Assembly: GCA_964016885.1 (NCBI GenBank)
Contig: OZ024744.1
Location: forward strand, 26,164,001 to 26,228,000
Source: Eledone cirrhosa
Lineage: Eukaryota
Direction of reading: 5' to 3'
Length of the DNA: 64,000 nt
Translations under genes and position numbers: made by a program
Part shown: in pieces, positions 61,320 through 64,000 of the stretch
How the letters are laid out: every line of letters starts with the position of its first letter
How positions within the stretch are numbered: position 1 is the stretch's first letter
Notes under the pieces: generated by a model
The model's input: the letters and a program-made list of their open reading frames with translations, nothing else
Told to the model about the DNA's origin: nothing
Database searches by the model: none

Positions 61320-64000
61320 CGGTCTGTTCGGACGTTTTTTGCTCGCCCCCAGTTGTCGCTTTATTTGCCTGTTAAAATTATTTGTTGTTAAATATTTCTT
61401 GTTGTGTAAGGGATATAAGCCCTTGGACTTTGCCCTGTGGAGGGGAAAGTATAATATTTGGGACTTTTGGCCAAATATTTGAACATTTTACTTTTAAAAC
61501 GGCCCCCGAAGCCCCAGCAATATATCCGCTGTCGTGTGACAACGGCTTAAAAGTTGAGGCGATGGTTACAGAAATCCATACAACAAACACCACCACAAAC
61601 AACGTGAACACAGACAACACTGAGAACAGTAATTTTGAAAAAATTACGACACCAACTACAACAATAACAGCGACAACCAAAATACAGACAAGAGAAAAAA
61701 ATGACAACAAATGCAACAACGATATTAACACCACTAAAAATAAATAAACAACAACAACACCAACAGCAACAATACAAATTGCACCGAAAACAACAACAAC
61801 GGTGGCACCAAAAACACAACCAACTGCAACAGTGATAACAACAACACCAACAACACCGTTTGTAGCAGTAGCAACAGAAACAACACCAACAACAAGACCA
61901 GTAACAGCAGTAGCGGCAGCAATAATGGTGCCGCTGAAACAGGGGCCACTTCTTTCGCAGGTGTGGCCCAAAATATTGAGACAGTGTTAGTCACGGAGGA
62001 AGAGATGGCAGTGGTAAGGGCCATGGTGTCGAGAAACGACAATAGAGGTTCCCTGAAACCTCCACCCGATTTCTTCAAAGACCACAGCTGCGCACGGTGA
62101 CATACCGCACCGTAAGCAAAATATCTCATCGGGTGGAGAGAGCCACGGAGGCTCAAATCCAAAAGGCCTTGGGGTGCGTCTGGGCGCGAAAAACCCACAT
62201 CACCCGAGGCAAAAAGTACGCTACTGTAGACGTACTTTTCGCCACCCCCCAAGAGGCGAAGTCTCACTCTTTGGAAACCCTAAAGAGTGAGGAGATAGTC
62301 TTGGTGCACTCCTACTGCGGGCAGAAAATTGTGAGGGTCAAAGTGACCCAGGTCCCACCCGACGTGCCCATACCTTGGCTGGTCGCGTCAGTACTGGCTG
62401 GAATCGAGGAGTGGACTACCATACTGCACATACTGAGAATGGGAAGAGAGACCTGGTCAGGAATAGGCATGCGAATGCTAATACAGTCTGACAAGGAGTG
62501 CATCTAGGCCATCCCAGACCTCATAGACCTCAAAGAAGAGCTCCATCTCCTTATAATCGTGGAAGGAAGGCGCCCAAAATGCTATCTCTGTGGGCACAAG
62601 GGTCACCCCAGGGCCTTCTGCCGCAGAAGACAGCCAAGAAGAGGGCCCGCCTCCTTCCGACGCCTTATCCGCTGTTACCAAGAGCAAGGCAGGCAACAGA
62701 GGCAGAAGACAGTTCCATAGTGAGTAGGAGGGCAACGTCCGTGGCACCCATACCAAGGCCACAGACAACTAAAGCAGCGGCAGCAGTCGCGGCGACACCA
62801 ACAGTCACAGTAGCTACGCCGGCGGTAAAATCGCCGGAGCGGGCTCCACTACCACCACCAACGGCAGTGGAGCTCATGCCCATCCCGGACGCTGCGGAGT
62901 CCGACATGGAGTGTGAGGCGGGAGGGAAATGGCAAACGGTCTGCCACAAACAAAAGAAAAAAGAAAAAAAACCCTAACTTCAGCCTCCCAAAACTACACG
63001 GACCGCAAATTTGTGATCTGTGAAGTTGACTTAGATAGACTCCATAGGCAAGGGCCCGGCTACTGGAAGCTGAACGCGTCGTTCCCAGCGCGCAAAGCTT
63101 ACAGAGACCGGATTAGCGAATTAGTTAAGCGTGCGTTGACGGGTGCGGTCGTCAACAACAGGTGGTGGTTTACCCTGAAAAGGGGTATTAGAGTAGAATC
63201 GATAAGGTTTAGCAAAGGAGTAGTGATAGAGGAAAATAGAGTAGAGGGAGAGTTAGAAAGCTAGAAGAGGCGTTTAGGACAGGCATCGCAACCGACGTGC
63301 TTGCGGCGAGATTGGCAATCGAGCAATTCTTCAATGCAAAGCATGAAGGCTGCGTTGTCAGAGCTAGAACTGGTGCTCTAAGACACGAGGGGACGAAAAC
63401 CGTTCAATGGGCTCGGGTGGTGGAGGCACGATGTGGCAACAAGTCCACAATTCAGTCTTTGCCTCATCAAAACGGGCGCATGTCGCTCGAACCCAAGCAG
63501 ATGTGTGCGGCTTTTCAAAAGCACTTTGCTCAATTTTTCGGAAGCGCCAGCGGGCCGGATCGGAGTATGGACTTCGGTGCATACCTCGACGGACTGCCGC
63601 GGCTCTCGACGACCGCAGCGCAGTGCTGCGAATGCCGATAAAAACAGGCGAAATACGGGAAGCGATGTCTGACAGAATGAGAGGTAAATCGCCAAGTTTG
63701 GATGGTTTGCCCTACGAGCTTTATGCGTATATGCCAGATTGTTCGGCGACCTCTTGGCAGATGTCTACTGCAACTCACAGCAGAAAGGGAGCATTCCCAG
63801 TTTTGTGAGCCGGGGAGCGGTGGCGCTGCTGAGAAAAGACCCGAACAAGGGGGACGTTATAGACAACTTCAGGCCCATAACTCTGCTAAACGCAGAGTTT
63901 AAGATTTTGGCCAAGGTGTTAGCAAATAGATTGGCGCTTGTGATCGGTGATCTGGTGGGTGAGGAGCAGACATGCGCCATCCCGGACTGAGCTATCCACG
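61320..64000 (+). mobile_element. Degenerate Tx1 element running off the window; ORF1 fused by deletion to late APE
   Basis: ORF1 homology (YRTV..RVERA.E.QIQKALG, EGRRPKCYLCGHKGHPRAFC), jump near 62990 to YTDRKFVIC..GYWKLN, then FRPITLLN. Confidence 0.92.

Overview
AT-rich, microsatellite-dense animal genomic DNA; the repeat content suggests a cephalopod such as octopus, which is an inference. One likely host coding exon (secreted protein, minus strand, 45994-46492) sits among retroelements. These include Tx1/L1-clade LINEs (one with an intact 1139-aa ORF2) and R4/Dong-clade RLE elements alternating in opposite orientation in (TAA)n tracts. There are also RTE remnants, two Penelope-like elements (PLEs), pogo, hAT and piggyBac-like non-autonomous DNA elements, and SINEs. 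Many short elements inserted in (TA)n are palindromes with a one-sided tail, and several carry type I hammerhead ribozyme (HHR) motifs, consistent with PLE pLTR ends. The most unusual signal is two sequence-divergent HHRs (54350-54420 and 57685-57750, minus strand) whose three strands occur in a non-circularly permuted, pseudoknotted order with compensatory stem changes. Everything was read by eye, so element boundaries are approximate and no ribozyme activity is demonstrated.
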